The position numbers and the translations under genes were made by a program. From Candidatus Sulfomarinibacteraceae bacterium (GTDB lineage: Bacteria; Acidobacteriota; Thermoanaerobaculia; Thermoanaerobaculales; Sulfomarinibacteraceae): a stretch of 64,000 nucleotides of DNA. Numbering within the stretch: the first letter of the stretch is position 1; each line of letters starts with the position of its first letter. The stretch is taken from the NCBI GenBank assembly GCA_963796455.1, contig CAWCLO010000001.1:576001-640000 (forward strand). The letters are read 5' to 3'. The notes under the pieces were generated by a model that made no database searches, was not told the DNA's origin, and saw only the letters and a list, made by a program, of their open reading frames with translations. This document shows, piece by piece, positions 20,178 through 30,704 of the stretch.

Positions 20178-20692
20178 AACAACTCCTCCTCGGCAATGCC
20201 CTGTCTGAGATGTTTGACGGCGTAGAGCAGGTAGCGCAGCGCGATGACCGCAAAACCGACCGGCAGAACCGCCTCGCAGACCCAGACCGGAGCAAACCCG
20301 ATCGACATGCCGCCAGCCGCTCGATCTTCCATCATCAGCCGATAGGCGCTCCACGCAACCACTGAAGACACAACGGCTGTGAAGAGATCCGTCACGACCC
20401 GGAGGCGGGCTTTCCATTGTTCCGGAAGGAACCGCGAGAGCGCATCGACGGAGATCTGTTTGTCATGGCGGGTCGCCACCATCGCACCGATCATTCCAAT
20501 CCACAAAACCGAAACCCGCAGCAGCGGGTCGGCCCACAACAAGGCACCATCGAAAAGATTGCGGAGAATAATCTGTGTCCCGGCCACCACGACCATGGAG
20601 GTCAGGAGCAGCACGAGCAAGGCGTCTTCGAAGACAGCGATCGCCCACAGGAGTCGAGCGACAGACGACTTGGATTCGGTCTCTGTTGTCAC
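20174..20692 (-). CDS. dctQ: TRAP transporter small permease
   Basis: Four TM segments; QIILRN, WADPLLR; lies between dctP and dctM. Confidence 0.88.
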   Translation of the reverse strand: MTTETESKSSVARLLWAIAVFEDALLVLLLTSMVVVAGTQIILRNLFDGALLWADPLLRVSVLWIGMIGAMVATRHDKQISVDALSRFLPEQWKARLRVVTDLFTAVVSSVVAWSAYRLMMEDRAAGGMSIGFAPVWVCEAVLPVGFAVIALRYLLYAVKHLRQGIAEEELF

Positions 20693-21705
20693 TCGTCGGT
20701 GGCCCGTTCCCGAGCACGGTAGGCCCCGAGGATCTCGTCGATCTCGGACAGCACACGCTCGTCATATTTGCGGAAATCCACCAGGATCTTTGTCGCCTCG
20801 GCGGCGATGACGGTCCATTGCGCTCGCGCCTCATCGGTCGGATCGACAAAGGTCACGCCCTGGGCCGTCAACGCGGCGCGGGCTTCCTGATTGTCCACCC
20901 GGGTGCGCTTGTCGAGCCTGGCGTTGGATTCGAGCAGCACTTCACGCATGATCGCCTGATCACCGGGGCTCAGCTTGTCAAAGGACTTTTTGGTGACTGC
21001 AAGGGCTCCATAGACGTAGGTGATCGGCAGGTCTGTGACGTAGGGCGCCTTGGTAAACCACTGCAGCGCGATCGCCCCGACCGGCGGAGCTGCGATGGTA
21101 TCGATCAGACCGGTCTGCAAACCGGTCAGAACATCCGATATCGGAAGTGGAACCGGCGATAATCCGGCCGCCTCGACAATTGCCAGGGAGACGGGATCAC
21201 CCTGTGGAATCCACGCCTTGCGGCCCTTCAGGTCTTCAAAATTTCGCGTCGGTTCGGCCGACATGAGGTAGGTAAACCCGGTTTCGGTCAGCCCGAATGC
21301 GATGTAGCCGGCCTCTTCGAGACCGTCGATCAGATTCTGATCCATCCGTTGACGAACGTGATCCACCTCGTCATATGATTGGAAGAGCAGTGGAATGTTG
21401 TAGACCTCGACCTCCGGATCCGCATCGGCAAGACCACCCGAAAGAAAGACCCCGCCCTGGAGCTGGCCGATTCTCATCTTGCGGATGATCGCCAGATCCG
21501 AGCCCATGGTCCCACCGGGATAAAACCGCAGACTGACCCGACCCTCGGTCCGTTCGTTCAACTCATCGGCCGATCTTTTGAACTCGTTCATCCAGTACGA
21601 ACCGTCCGGCGCCATGGTGGCGATCTTGAAGCGGTGATTCTGTGCTCCGGCCGGGACCGCCGCAATCGTCAGGACGGCAAGAAAGAAGATCATCCTTCGG
21701 TACAT
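20689..21705 (-). CDS. dctP: TRAP transporter substrate-binding protein
   Basis: KIATMAPDGSYW, FYPGGTMG, DVLTGLQTGLID. Confidence 0.9.
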   Translation of the reverse strand: MYRRMIFFLAVLTIAAVPAGAQNHRFKIATMAPDGSYWMNEFKRSADELNERTEGRVSLRFYPGGTMGSDLAIIRKMRIGQLQGGVFLSGGLADADPEVEVYNIPLLFQSYDEVDHVRQRMDQNLIDGLEEAGYIAFGLTETGFTYLMSAEPTRNFEDLKGRKAWIPQGDPVSLAIVEAAGLSPVPLPISDVLTGLQTGLIDTIAAPPVGAIALQWFTKAPYVTDLPITYVYGALAVTKKSFDKLSPGDQAIMREVLLESNARLDKRTRVDNQEARAALTAQGVTFVDPTDEARAQWTVIAAEATKILVDFRKYDERVLSEIDEILGAYRARERATDE

Positions 21706-21706
21706 T

Positions 21707-22588
21707 TCAGTCTCCAAAATAGTCTTCGGAATCGGCCAGCAGCCTGCCCGCCTCTTCCTGTGCAATCGTATTGATCAAAGTGAGGCCCGGGGACACCGGG
21801 TCCGCCTCGATGACCTCGCGGCAGAGCCGGTCGTGAAGATCACGATCAAAGATCAATCGAGCGTATGAATCTGCCAGCAGGACCTTGGCCATCAAATTGC
21901 GACCATCCGAGAGCTCGATAACACGCTCGAAGCTCTCCCTGCCCTTCTCCGGTTGGCCACCCATTGCTTCGGGGAGGATTGTCGCGAGGATCCCGAGATA
22001 GAGGTGGGCGGCTCCGTCGTCATACTCCGGATCGAGGGCGACTACCCGCTGCATGACGGCATCGACCCGGGCCTTGTCGCCGATCGCTTTCCAATCCGCC
22101 CTGTTGGCCTGGACCCACGTCGCCCAGGCGGCACCGGCGCCGAACAGAACCCCTACGTTTTTCGCTTTCCAGCCGTCAATCACAGTTTCGAAATCAGCAT
22201 AGGGAGCACTCCAGCTATCGCAAGCCGAAGTATTGGTTCGACACATCGCCCTCCAACCGTAGTCACGACCCTTGACGGCAAGCTTCGAGGCACGGTCGTT
22301 ATCGTTGACAAAGGCACCGGCATAGCTCGAGTAGAGTTGGGCCCCTGCCAGCAGCAGACTGACATTCTCCGGGTCGTCCGCAATCAAACCGTCGATCAGA
22401 AGCAGATAGGCCGGTGCTCCCTGGCGAACGGTTTCAGGATCGTTTTGATCGAGCACCGCCGTCGTCAGGCTGTCGGCAAGACCGCTGGTCGCCGATGACA
22501 TGATGGAAGAACATCCCATAGACAGTGACGCCATGGCCACCGCGGCCAGGGGAAGGAAGAATCTCTGTCGTCGTCTCTGGTCAATCAT
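21707..22588 (-). CDS. tatT: TRAP transporter TatT component (TPR lipoprotein)
   Basis: Lipobox SMGC, DPETVRQGAP and GGQPEKGRESFER; sits directly upstream of dctP. Confidence 0.82.
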   Translation of the reverse strand: MIDQRRRQRFFLPLAAVAMASLSMGCSSIMSSATSGLADSLTTAVLDQNDPETVRQGAPAYLLLIDGLIADDPENVSLLLAGAQLYSSYAGAFVNDNDRASKLAVKGRDYGWRAMCRTNTSACDSWSAPYADFETVIDGWKAKNVGVLFGAGAAWATWVQANRADWKAIGDKARVDAVMQRVVALDPEYDDGAAHLYLGILATILPEAMGGQPEKGRESFERVIELSDGRNLMAKVLLADSYARLIFDRDLHDRLCREVIEADPVSPGLTLINTIAQEEAGRLLADSEDYFGD

Positions 22589-22676
22589 ACTTTACAACTC
22601 ACTGATGAAAATACCGATGGGAATGGCTCGCTCAGTATGAGTTGATTGTACGGTATTTTGCGCTCGGGTGAGGTCT

Positions 22677-23312
22677 TTATCGCGTCGATCCGAATCCACC
22701 CCGCAACGGGCCGTCGCTCAGGCCTGAGGAACCATTTGCCGAGACGTTCGTGATCACTGTGGTGCCATTTCCGTCCCTGGTCATTCGCACGGGCACAGCG
22801 CGGTAGGATTTTGCGTAACGGTACGGCCGGCCCGTATACAGGGTCATGATCTTGGAGACATACGAGCGGGTTTCCGCGTAGGGCGGAATGCCGCGATAAC
22901 GGGCCACGGCGCCTTCGCCGGCATTATACGCGGCGAGAGCGAACTGCAGATTACCGGAATAGCGCTCGATCAAACGGGAAAACTCGCGAACGCCGCCCCG
23001 GATATTTTGCTCCGGATCGAAGGGGTCGTTGACACGCAGCCGTTTTGCCGTCTCCGGCATCAGTTGCATCAGACCCATGGCTCCCTTTTTGCTGACGGCC
23101 TTCGGATCGTAGGCGGATTCGACCCTGACCAGAGCGTCCACCAACTTGGGATCCACACCGTGTTCACGACTCACCTGATCGACAAGACTCCGAAGATCGT
23201 TCCGCGTGCCCGAGGCAGAGATCTCCACCGACGGAGCAGCTCCGTGCGCGCCAATCGGCGCCAAGGCGAGCAGGACCCCAAGCCCCACGACACAGGCCAT
23301 TCGTAGACTCAC
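22677..23312 (-). CDS. Lytic transglycosylase (SLT domain)
   Basis: VESAYDPKAVS, GAMGLMQLMP, LAAYNAG. Confidence 0.92.
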   Translation of the reverse strand: MSLRMACVVGLGVLLALAPIGAHGAAPSVEISASGTRNDLRSLVDQVSREHGVDPKLVDALVRVESAYDPKAVSKKGAMGLMQLMPETAKRLRVNDPFDPEQNIRGGVREFSRLIERYSGNLQFALAAYNAGEGAVARYRGIPPYAETRSYVSKIMTLYTGRPYRYAKSYRAVPVRMTRDGNGTTVITNVSANGSSGLSDGPLRGGFGSTR

Positions 23313-23352
23313 GGTACTATTATGACAGCATTTGCCGCGAAAGGAGGGTCAT

Positions 23353-24762
23353 TTGCAGGAAAAACCCGTCGAAGTCGATCCTTTCCAACTATTTGCACAC
23401 CGAATGTCGACGGCAGGCCTGAGTCGGCCGGCGATTGATTCCTTCCATTTTCACTTTGACCGACTGCACGAAGGAGACGACGGACTGCTTGCCGAAAAAG
23501 ACATCGACGCGGTTGCGAGTCTTCCCGCCGCCAGCGACCTGGAGGATTGTCGCGAGTCGGGAAAGGCGGCGCTGGAGAGAACCGTAGTCATCAAACTCAA
23601 CGGCGGTCTCGGCACAGGCATGGGGCTCGACGAGGCGAAATCGTTGCTTATGGTTCGCGATGGACTCAGCTTTCTCGATCTGATCGCTCGCCAGGTTCTC
23701 TCGCTCCGCAGCAATTACGGGGCGCAGGTTCCTCTCATTCTGATGAACAGTTTTCGAACCAATGAGCAATCAACAAAAGCCCTCGATCATTATCCAACAT
23801 TGGAGATTGCGGACATCCCCACGGGATTTCTTCAAAACAAGGTTCCCAAGATCCTCGCGAAGGGTCTGCTCCCCGCCGAGAGCCCAGAACGAGGCGATCT
23901 CGAATGGTGCCCGCCCGGACACGGCGATCTCTATACCGCGATCGCCGGTACCGGGTTGTTGCCTCGGTTGATCGACCGCGGCATCGAGTACGCCTTCGTG
24001 TCCAACGCCGACAATCTCGGCGCGGTGGTCGACACCGCCCTCCTCGGATATATGGTCGAAGACCGGATTGATTTCATGCTCGAGGCTGCGGTCCGCACGA
24101 GGGCGGATCGAAAGGGCGGCCACCTGTGTCGCCTCGCCAACGGCCGACTCGCGCTCCGCGAATCCGCGCAATGCCCGCCGGAAGCCCGATCGGCATTTCA
24201 GGACATCGAACGCTACTCGTTTTTCAACAGCAATAATCTGTGGATCCATCTGCCATCCCTGGCGGCGGTCCTCGAAGCAAGCGGGGGCTTCTTGCCACTG
24301 TCGACAATCGTCAACCGGAAGAACCTCGATCCCCGTGACCCCTCATCCCCGGCGGTCCTGCAATTGGAAACGGCCATGGGCTCCGCCATCTCCCTCTTCG
24401 AAAAGGCCACCGCGGTCATCGTCCCGAGGCAACGTTTCTCGCCGGTGAAGAACACCAACGACCTTCTCGCAACCCGCTCGGACGCCTACGATCTCACCGA
24501 AGATTCACGGGTAGTGCTCCACTCCGAGAGGAGTTCACCTCCCGTCATCTCTTTAGATGACCGATATTTCAAGATGATCGACGACTTCGAAACCAGGTTT
24601 CCGAATGGACCGCCATCCCTTCGTCGCTGCGACCTCTTCGAGGTCGAAGGAGACGTGACCTTTGGCGCCGGAGTGGTGGCCGAGGGTGCTGTCACGATTC
24701 GCGCCGACGGCCCGGCCCGGGTGCCCGACGGCACCGTGATCGATCGGGCCGTCGATCTCTAG
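23353..24762 (+). CDS. UTP--glucose-1-phosphate uridylyltransferase, eukaryotic-type (UDPGP family)
   Basis: KLNGGLGTGMG, WCPPGHGD, SNADNLGA, KGGHL, QLETAMG, RFSPVK. TTG start follows AAGGAGG. Confidence 0.9.
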   Translation: MQEKPVEVDPFQLFAHRMSTAGLSRPAIDSFHFHFDRLHEGDDGLLAEKDIDAVASLPAASDLEDCRESGKAALERTVVIKLNGGLGTGMGLDEAKSLLMVRDGLSFLDLIARQVLSLRSNYGAQVPLILMNSFRTNEQSTKALDHYPTLEIADIPTGFLQNKVPKILAKGLLPAESPERGDLEWCPPGHGDLYTAIAGTGLLPRLIDRGIEYAFVSNADNLGAVVDTALLGYMVEDRIDFMLEAAVRTRADRKGGHLCRLANGRLALRESAQCPPEARSAFQDIERYSFFNSNNLWIHLPSLAAVLEASGGFLPLSTIVNRKNLDPRDPSSPAVLQLETAMGSAISLFEKATAVIVPRQRFSPVKNTNDLLATRSDAYDLTEDSRVVLHSERSSPPVISLDDRYFKMIDDFETRFPNGPPSLRRCDLFEVEGDVTFGAGVVAEGAVTIRADGPARVPDGTVIDRAVDL

Positions 24763-24871
24763 CCCGTCTCTCAATTTGCCCGAGTGTGATTTGGTGCCGG
24801 TCACTTCATGACGACACGATAGAATCTCCAACACTCGAGAACGCGGAAATCTTGAAAGGAAAAACCAATCG

Positions 24872-26479
24872 ATGACTGACAGCCCACACCCCGAGGCGAA
24901 AAAATCCCCCGGTGAAGTCGTCCGCGACGCGTTTCTGGAACTCGGCTCGACCCTGGTGGCATTCATCAAGGCGCCAAAGGCCCTGTGGGGCGTCAACATC
25001 CCCTATGTGGTCGAAGGACTCGTCTACTTCGGCATCCTGACCATCCTCGGCAAGTTCTGTTCAGAAAATGTCGGGCTCAGCGACCTGCAGGCGGGATGGG
25101 TCTATTCATTGGTCACCGCCGGCATCACCTTCGCCATGCTCTTCCTCGGCGGGGTGAGCGACAAGATCGGCATTCCACGAACACTCGCCCTCTCATTTGT
25201 GTTATTTGTTGTCGGACGCGGGCTGATCGCATTTTCTGGCACTGTCGATCTCGGACAGGGGCTGGCATCGCCAATGTTCATGACCCTGGCCCTGGGTCTT
25301 CTGATCATGGTGGTGGCCTACGGTCTGTACCAACCCGCCGCCTATGCCGGAGTCAAGCGCTACACCAACCCGAAAACCGCCGCCATGGCCTACGCGGTGG
25401 TCTATGGATTGATGAACCTGGGCGCATTTTTCTCAGGTTTTGTCTCACCTCTGGTCCGCCACCGATTCGTCGGTGTTTTTCCACCCAATGGTCTGACCGC
25501 GGTCTTCTGGACCTACACCTTCCTGTGCGTCATCGCGCTCGTACTCACCCTGCTCATTTTGACGCGCAAGACGGACGCGGCGGCAGTCGAGCGTGTCGCC
25601 CGCGAAACGGCTGAACTCAGCGCTGGGGACGGCTTGTCGGAAAACACGAAGCAAGAAGAACAAGAGCTCATTGAAACGACCCCGAAGACCGACAACCGGC
25701 GTTTCATCGTCTTATTCTCCCTCGCCGTGATCGCGATCGGCGCCGCAGCGGCAGCCGCTACGGGACGCCTGAACATCGCGCCCTGGATCACCTTCGTTGC
25801 CGCCGCAGGCCTCGCCGCCCTCGCGGTTTTTGAATACCTCAGGGCCCGGCCTGATCACCCCTTCCGCGACGGTCGATTCACCTTCTTCATCTTCATCTTG
25901 ATACCGGTGCAGACCTTGTTCGCCCATACCTGGCTGACCGTTCCCTACTATCTCGACCGCGCCTTTCGCGGCTCGATGGTCAGCGACTATTTCGAGTTCT
26001 TTTCGAACATCAACCCGATTCTGATCTTTGTTCTGGCGCCGATCGTTGCCGGTCTGACGGCCCGCGCCAACATCTACACGATGATGATCATCGGCACGCT
26101 CGTCATGGCGCTGCCCACCTTCCTGCTCGTGATCGGCCCTCATCTTGTTCCGTTTCTTGCCTACATCGTGTTGATGTCGATCGGCGAAGCAATGTGGCAA
26201 CCGCGTTTCCTGCAATGGATTGCCGAGGTCGCACCCCCCGGCAAGACGGGGCTTTATATGGGGATCGGCCAGTTCCCATGGTTTCTCACCAAGTTTCTGA
26301 CCGGTCTCTACTCGGGCTATTTCGTGGCGACCTATGTTCCACGGCCTGAGTCGGGGCTGCCGATCAATTCAGAGTTCATGTGGCTGATCTACGGTTTGAT
26401 CGCCATGATTTCGCCGGTGGCACTGATCCTCACCCGAAAATGGATGATGGCGGGGATGAAGGAAAAGCACGAAGGTTGA
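24872..26479 (+). CDS. MFS transporter (peptide-transporter-like)
   Basis: Many TM helices; GGVSDKIG, YGLMNLGAF, APPGKTGLYMG. Confidence 0.85.
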   Translation: MTDSPHPEAKKSPGEVVRDAFLELGSTLVAFIKAPKALWGVNIPYVVEGLVYFGILTILGKFCSENVGLSDLQAGWVYSLVTAGITFAMLFLGGVSDKIGIPRTLALSFVLFVVGRGLIAFSGTVDLGQGLASPMFMTLALGLLIMVVAYGLYQPAAYAGVKRYTNPKTAAMAYAVVYGLMNLGAFFSGFVSPLVRHRFVGVFPPNGLTAVFWTYTFLCVIALVLTLLILTRKTDAAAVERVARETAELSAGDGLSENTKQEEQELIETTPKTDNRRFIVLFSLAVIAIGAAAAAATGRLNIAPWITFVAAAGLAALAVFEYLRARPDHPFRDGRFTFFIFILIPVQTLFAHTWLTVPYYLDRAFRGSMVSDYFEFFSNINPILIFVLAPIVAGLTARANIYTMMIIGTLVMALPTFLLVIGPHLVPFLAYIVLMSIGEAMWQPRFLQWIAEVAPPGKTGLYMGIGQFPWFLTKFLTGLYSGYFVATYVPRPESGLPINSEFMWLIYGLIAMISPVALILTRKWMMAGMKEKHEG

Positions 26480-26527
26480 CACGAAGGGCGACGATTGTTA
26501 GATTGTCGCTCCCTTCGGGGACGTTGA

Positions 26528-26602
<75 letters not shown>

Positions 26603-26617
26603 TAAAACTCATTTGAA

Positions 26618-26646
26618 GCCCGGCTCACCGCCGGGCCTTTTCTTTG
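26618..26646 (+). terminator. Putative intrinsic terminator after tRNA-Gly
   Basis: GCCCGGC-TCACC-GCCGGGC followed by a T-rich tract. Confidence 0.55.
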
Positions 26647-26725
26647 CCGGTGCGAGCGGATTGACCCGTCGTCGGGGGGCAATCTTGACCGTCGCCGAGG
26701 CGTGGACTAAACTACCGGCCCTGAA

Positions 26726-26800
26726 GGCGACGTGGCCAAGTGGTAAGGCAGGGGCCTGCAAAGCCCTTATCCCCCGGTTCGAATCCGGGCGTCGCCTCCA
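26726..26800 (+). tRNA. tRNA-Cys (GCA)
   Basis: Acceptor stem GGCGACG/CGTCGCC, anticodon loop CTGCAAA, TTCGAAT T-loop, U discriminator plus CCA. Confidence 0.97.
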
Positions 26801-26819
26801 ATTCAATCCCCAATACAAG

Positions 26820-27590
26820 ATGCTCGTTGCTCGATGCTGGATGCTGGATGCTGGATGCTGGATAAGTTTTGTCCGAGACAGTGTCTCGGACAGCGTTCAG
26901 GGACAGCAACGGCGGCAGCGGCAGCAAACAGTAGTCAGCGGCAGCATTCAGTCATCAGCGACAGCAAACGGCCCTCATATTCTCGGGTTCAATAGCCGCC
27001 AGGTCATCGCACGGACATGATCGAAGGCCTTCATTGCTTCACTGGCTCCGTCCCGGCTGATCGCACCGGCGTGGGCGAGGAGTTCCAAGTGGCTGTCGAC
27101 CTCTTTCGCCGAGGCGTAGGCGATTCTCCAGTGGTTCGACCGGTCTCTACCGACTCGGCCGTGCCCTTCCGCCAAGTTAGCAGGGACAGAACTTGCCGAC
27201 CGGATCACCTGATCGGCTATGGACTTCAGAGGAGCTGGAACCCTCATCACGAGTTTGATAGCGATTCCTGCTGCTTCCAGGGCTTTCGAGTGGGCAACGA
27301 GGTTGGTGTTCGTGGCGGCGTTGGACATGGTCACCTCCGGGTCGTTCATGCCCCATACCCACCAGCCGGTGTGGTGGCCGATGTCAAGGATGCCCCGCAC
27401 CCTGCCTGTCCTTGACATCGGCCGCCCACCGGCTACCCCTTCCTTGGAACGACCCGGAGGTGGCCACTTCGCCGACTGGAATCCTGATCGCTGCCGCTGG
27501 ATACTGACCGCTGGCCCTGTTCGCTGTTGCCTGTCGCTGTCGCTGGACGCTGCCGCTGCAATACGGGCACGGACGCGGACTCGGCGTAAC
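26820..27590 (-). mobile_element. Four-helix-bundle cassette, copy 2 (boundaries approximate)
   Basis: (GATGCTG)n end array, CAGCG-rich flank, gene, hairpin leader 27329-27466, CGCTG-rich flank. Confidence 0.6.
26975..27328 (-). CDS. Four helix bundle protein, 117 aa
   Basis: 8 aa differences from copy 1 by manual count; same RBS and start. Confidence 0.9.
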   Translation of the reverse strand: MSNAATNTNLVAHSKALEAAGIAIKLVMRVPAPLKSIADQVIRSASSVPANLAEGHGRVGRDRSNHWRIAYASAKEVDSHLELLAHAGAISRDGASEAMKAFDHVRAMTWRLLNPRI

Positions 27591-27604
27591 GGCGAACCGG
27601 AAAT

Positions 27605-27637
27605 AAAAAAACCCGGCGCCGCAGCGCCGGGTTTTTG
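27605..27637. terminator. Bidirectional intrinsic terminator after the S1-domain gene
   Basis: A-run, CCCGGCGC-CGCA-GCGCCGGG, T-run. Confidence 0.8.
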
Positions 27638-27651
27638 CTGATTGCAATCAA

Positions 27652-29166
27652 CTATTCCTCTTTTTTCTTTGCCGGTGCCTTCTTCTTTGCCGGCGCCTTT
27701 TTCTTCTTAGCTGGCGTCTCTTTCTTCTTTGCCGGCGCCTTTTTCTTTTTTGCCGGCGCCTTTTTCTTGGTCGTGCCGAGGGCCGCCTGGAGCTGAGCGC
27801 CGAAACCGGTCAGACCGGGTTCCGAGCCACCCTGGGTATCCATATGTTTCAGATACTCCTGCCGCTCCTTGTCCTTGACGAGGGCGTTCACCGACAGGCT
27901 GATACGCCGCCGCTCCGGATCCAGCGTCATCAACATGACCTGGATCTTTTCACCGGGCTTGAAGACGGTCCGCGGATCGATGTCCTTCTCCATCCCCAAC
28001 TCGGAGATCGGAATCAAGCCACTGAGACCCGGCTCCAACTCGACAAAGACACCGAAATCGGCACCGTTTTCGACAGTCCCTTCGACCGGCGACCCTTCGC
28101 GATACCTCATGGTGATGTTTTCCCACGGATCACGGTCGGGCACCTGGCGCATCGTCAGGCTGATGCGGCGGTTTTCGAGATCGATCTCGCGAACCCAACC
28201 GTGCACGGCCTGGTCCATTTCGAGCGTGTTGAGTTCGAGGCCCGGCTTCAACTGGCTGACGTGCAGGAGCCCGTCGATTCCCTGTTCGAGCTCTACAAAG
28301 GCACCAAAATCGGCCTTGCGGACGATCTTGCCGTCAAAGGAACTGCCTACCGGATAGCGCTCTTCGACCGCGCTCCAGGGATCATCCTGCAGAGCTTTCA
28401 TGCTGAGCGAGATCCGGTCCTTTTCGCGATCGAGCTCGAGAACCTTGACTCGGATCTCATCACCCTCGCCGAGAACGTCGCGGGGATGGCCGATCCGGTG
28501 GTGAGCGATTTCAGTTACATGGACCAGGCCGTCAACGCCACCAAGGTCAACGAATGCCCCGAAATCGGTCAGCGAGCGAACCCGGCCCTCAATTTCGCTC
28601 CCCGCCTCGAGTGTCGCCCAGGCCTCTGCCCGGAGTTTTTCTTTCTCCACACGAAGAAGCGCCGCACGAGAAACCACCAGGCGCTGTCCATCGGCTTCGT
28701 ATTCGAGCACTTTGAATGTGTAAGTCTGGCCGAGAAAGCTATCGACGTCATCGGTCCTCAGATCGGAAATATGGGACAGAGGGCAGAATCCGCGAACACC
28801 GGAAACGGTCACGTCGAAGCCGCCCTTCCGTCGTCCCATGACCTTTCCCTCGACCGGCTCGCCGGATTTGGCGGCGGCCTCGAGCTTTTCCTTGAGCTTG
28901 GCCTCGAGAGCCATTCTTCGCGAAACCCGAATCTCTTCTCCCGCCGAAATGACGACAACTTCAACCGGATCTCCGGTTCCGAGGTCGTCGAGTTCCGAAC
29001 GGTCGAGAACAGCTTCCGATTTTCCCGACACATCCACCAGCGCGACGTCCCCTTTGATGACAACAATGGTGCCCTCGATGACGTCTCCCGGTTTCAGGTC
29101 CTCTGCTTCGAAACTCTCGCGCAGAGCGAGTTCAAATTCGTTGGCGGTGTTTGATTCCTCGGTCAT
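27652..29166 (-). CDS. Ribosomal protein S1-like multi-S1-domain protein with Lys/Ala/Pro-rich tail
   Basis: Repeated S1 motifs (DFGAFVDLGGVDGLVHVTEI, DFGAFVEL, DFGVFVEL). C-terminal PAKKKK repeats. Probably an rpsA paralog. Confidence 0.88.
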   Translation of the reverse strand: MTEESNTANEFELALRESFEAEDLKPGDVIEGTIVVIKGDVALVDVSGKSEAVLDRSELDDLGTGDPVEVVVISAGEEIRVSRRMALEAKLKEKLEAAAKSGEPVEGKVMGRRKGGFDVTVSGVRGFCPLSHISDLRTDDVDSFLGQTYTFKVLEYEADGQRLVVSRAALLRVEKEKLRAEAWATLEAGSEIEGRVRSLTDFGAFVDLGGVDGLVHVTEIAHHRIGHPRDVLGEGDEIRVKVLELDREKDRISLSMKALQDDPWSAVEERYPVGSSFDGKIVRKADFGAFVELEQGIDGLLHVSQLKPGLELNTLEMDQAVHGWVREIDLENRRISLTMRQVPDRDPWENITMRYREGSPVEGTVENGADFGVFVELEPGLSGLIPISELGMEKDIDPRTVFKPGEKIQVMLMTLDPERRRISLSVNALVKDKERQEYLKHMDTQGGSEPGLTGFGAQLQAALGTTKKKAPAKKKKAPAKKKETPAKKKKAPAKKKAPAKKKEE

Positions 29167-29238
29167 GGTAGGCCTCACAGTAGAATCCCATGTACGATCC
29201 TCGCACGGGGAGCAGGAGAATAACACAAACGAAATGGT

Positions 29239-29409
29239 ATTTCGGATTCGGAATTTCGGATTTCGGATTTCTGAAACGGCATGTTGCAACGGGAACCGGG
29301 CGGCGATGCTGTGGTGCGCCCTTCAGGCGGTCGAAACCGGGCCACTCACATGATTGGACTCCACAAGATAGGCTGTCAAATTCGAAATCCGAAATTCGAA
29401 ATCCGAAAT
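29239..29409. repeat. Inverted pair of heptamer arrays (ATTTCGG)n ... (CGAAATY)n
   Basis: 29239-29271 is complementary to 29378-29409. Confidence 0.85.
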
Positions 29410-30704
29410 CACTTTTTGCCGGCCTGCCAGACGATGTCGCCGCCGACTATGGTCGCCGCCGGCCAGCCCTTGAGGCGCATACCTTCGAATGGTGTATTAC
29501 GAGATTTCGAACGAAATCTGGCCGACTCGACTGTCCGCAGGGCTCGCAAATCGAGGATCGTGACATCCGCCGGCGATCCTTCCTTGAGACTGCCGCCGGG
29601 CAGGTTGTAGGCCTCTGCAGGACCCGTCGACAAAAGGCGAACCAACTGCGTCAGACCGACGACCCGTCCATGCAGCAGGCGATCGATCGCCAAGGGAACC
29701 GTGGTCTCCAGACCCACGATCCCGAATGGTGCATCGGCAAAGTCGAATTCCTTTTCGTCGGCGTGGTGTGGTTCGTGCTTGGATACGATCGCATCCACCG
29801 TTCCATCGTAGATCGCCTGGAGGAGGGCCTCGACCTCGTTCGATCCTCGCAACGGAGGATTGGTCTTCCAGTTTGGATCGTAGTTGGCTCCCGCCACATC
29901 CTCGTCGGTCAGGACAAACTGGTGTGCCGCAACCGCGCAACTCACGGCCACATTCCTTTGTTTACCGACCCGGATCAAATCGAGAGCCGTCGGCGTTGAA
30001 ACGTGGCATATATGGAGGCGCCCCTTGGTGAGCTCCGCCAGCAGAACATCCCGGGCCACCATCACATCCTCGGCCGAGGTCGGCATGCCGCGCAAACCGA
30101 TTCTGGTGGAGACAAGACCCTCGTGCATCGAGCCCGCGTCCGAGAGGTTGAGATCCTCTTCGTGGACCGCGACAGGAATCTCGAAACTCCGCGCATATTC
30201 GAGGGCCCGCCTCGCCAGCAGGGCATTCGATATCGGGTGCGGGCAATCCGACACCGCAACCGCACCGGCCTTGGCCATCTCGCCGATCTCGGCCAGCTCC
30301 TGACCCGCAAGGCCCTTCGAAACCGCACCCACCGGATAAACACGAGCAAGCCCGACCTCGCGGGCCTTGTCCAGGATATAGCCGGTCACCGACGGATCGT
30401 CGTGGACGGGCTCGGTGTCCGGCATCGCACATATTGCGGTGAATCCACCCGCCACCGCCGCCCTGCAGCCGGTTGCGATCGTCTCTTTGTACTCAAAGCC
30501 AGGCTCACGAAGATGGCATTGGAGATCGATGAATCCCGGCGCGACCACGAGGCCCGCGGCGTCCAGGATCTTGGTCCTCGCCGGCGCTTCGACACGCTCC
30601 CCAATCTTCGAGATCTGGCCGTCTTCGATCAGAACATCCATGCCCTGATCGAGACCCTGCGACGGGTCGATGACTCTTCCGTTACGAATCAGAAGCCGCT
30701 TCAC
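29409..30704 (-). CDS. pyrC: Dihydroorotase (or pyrC'-like structural partner of PyrB)
   Basis: [41 protein letters not shown] start overlaps the pyrB end. Confidence 0.9.
   Translation of the reverse strand: MKRLLIRNGRVIDPSQGLDQGMDVLIEDGQISKIGERVEAPARTKILDAAGLVVAPGFIDLQCHLREPGFEYKETIATGCRAAVAGGFTAICAMPDTEPVHDDPSVTGYILDKAREVGLARVYPVGAVSKGLAGQELAEIGEMAKAGAVAVSDCPHPISNALLARRALEYARSFEIPVAVHEEDLNLSDAGSMHEGLVSTRIGLRGMPTSAEDVMVARDVLLAELTKGRLHICHVSTPTALDLIRVGKQRNVAVSCAVAAHQFVLTDEDVAGANYDPNWKTNPPLRGSNEVEALLQAIYDGTVDAIVSKHEPHHADEKEFDFADAPFGIVGLETTVPLAIDRLLHGRVVGLTQLVRLLSTGPAEAYNLPGGSLKEGSPADVTILDLRALRTVESARFRSKSRNTPFEGMRLKGWPAATIVGGDIVWQAGKK

Noticed and set aside
26726..27590. tRNA-Cys-integrated genomic island
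   Set aside because: No integrase and no duplicated tRNA 3' end seen; only the short cassette follows.
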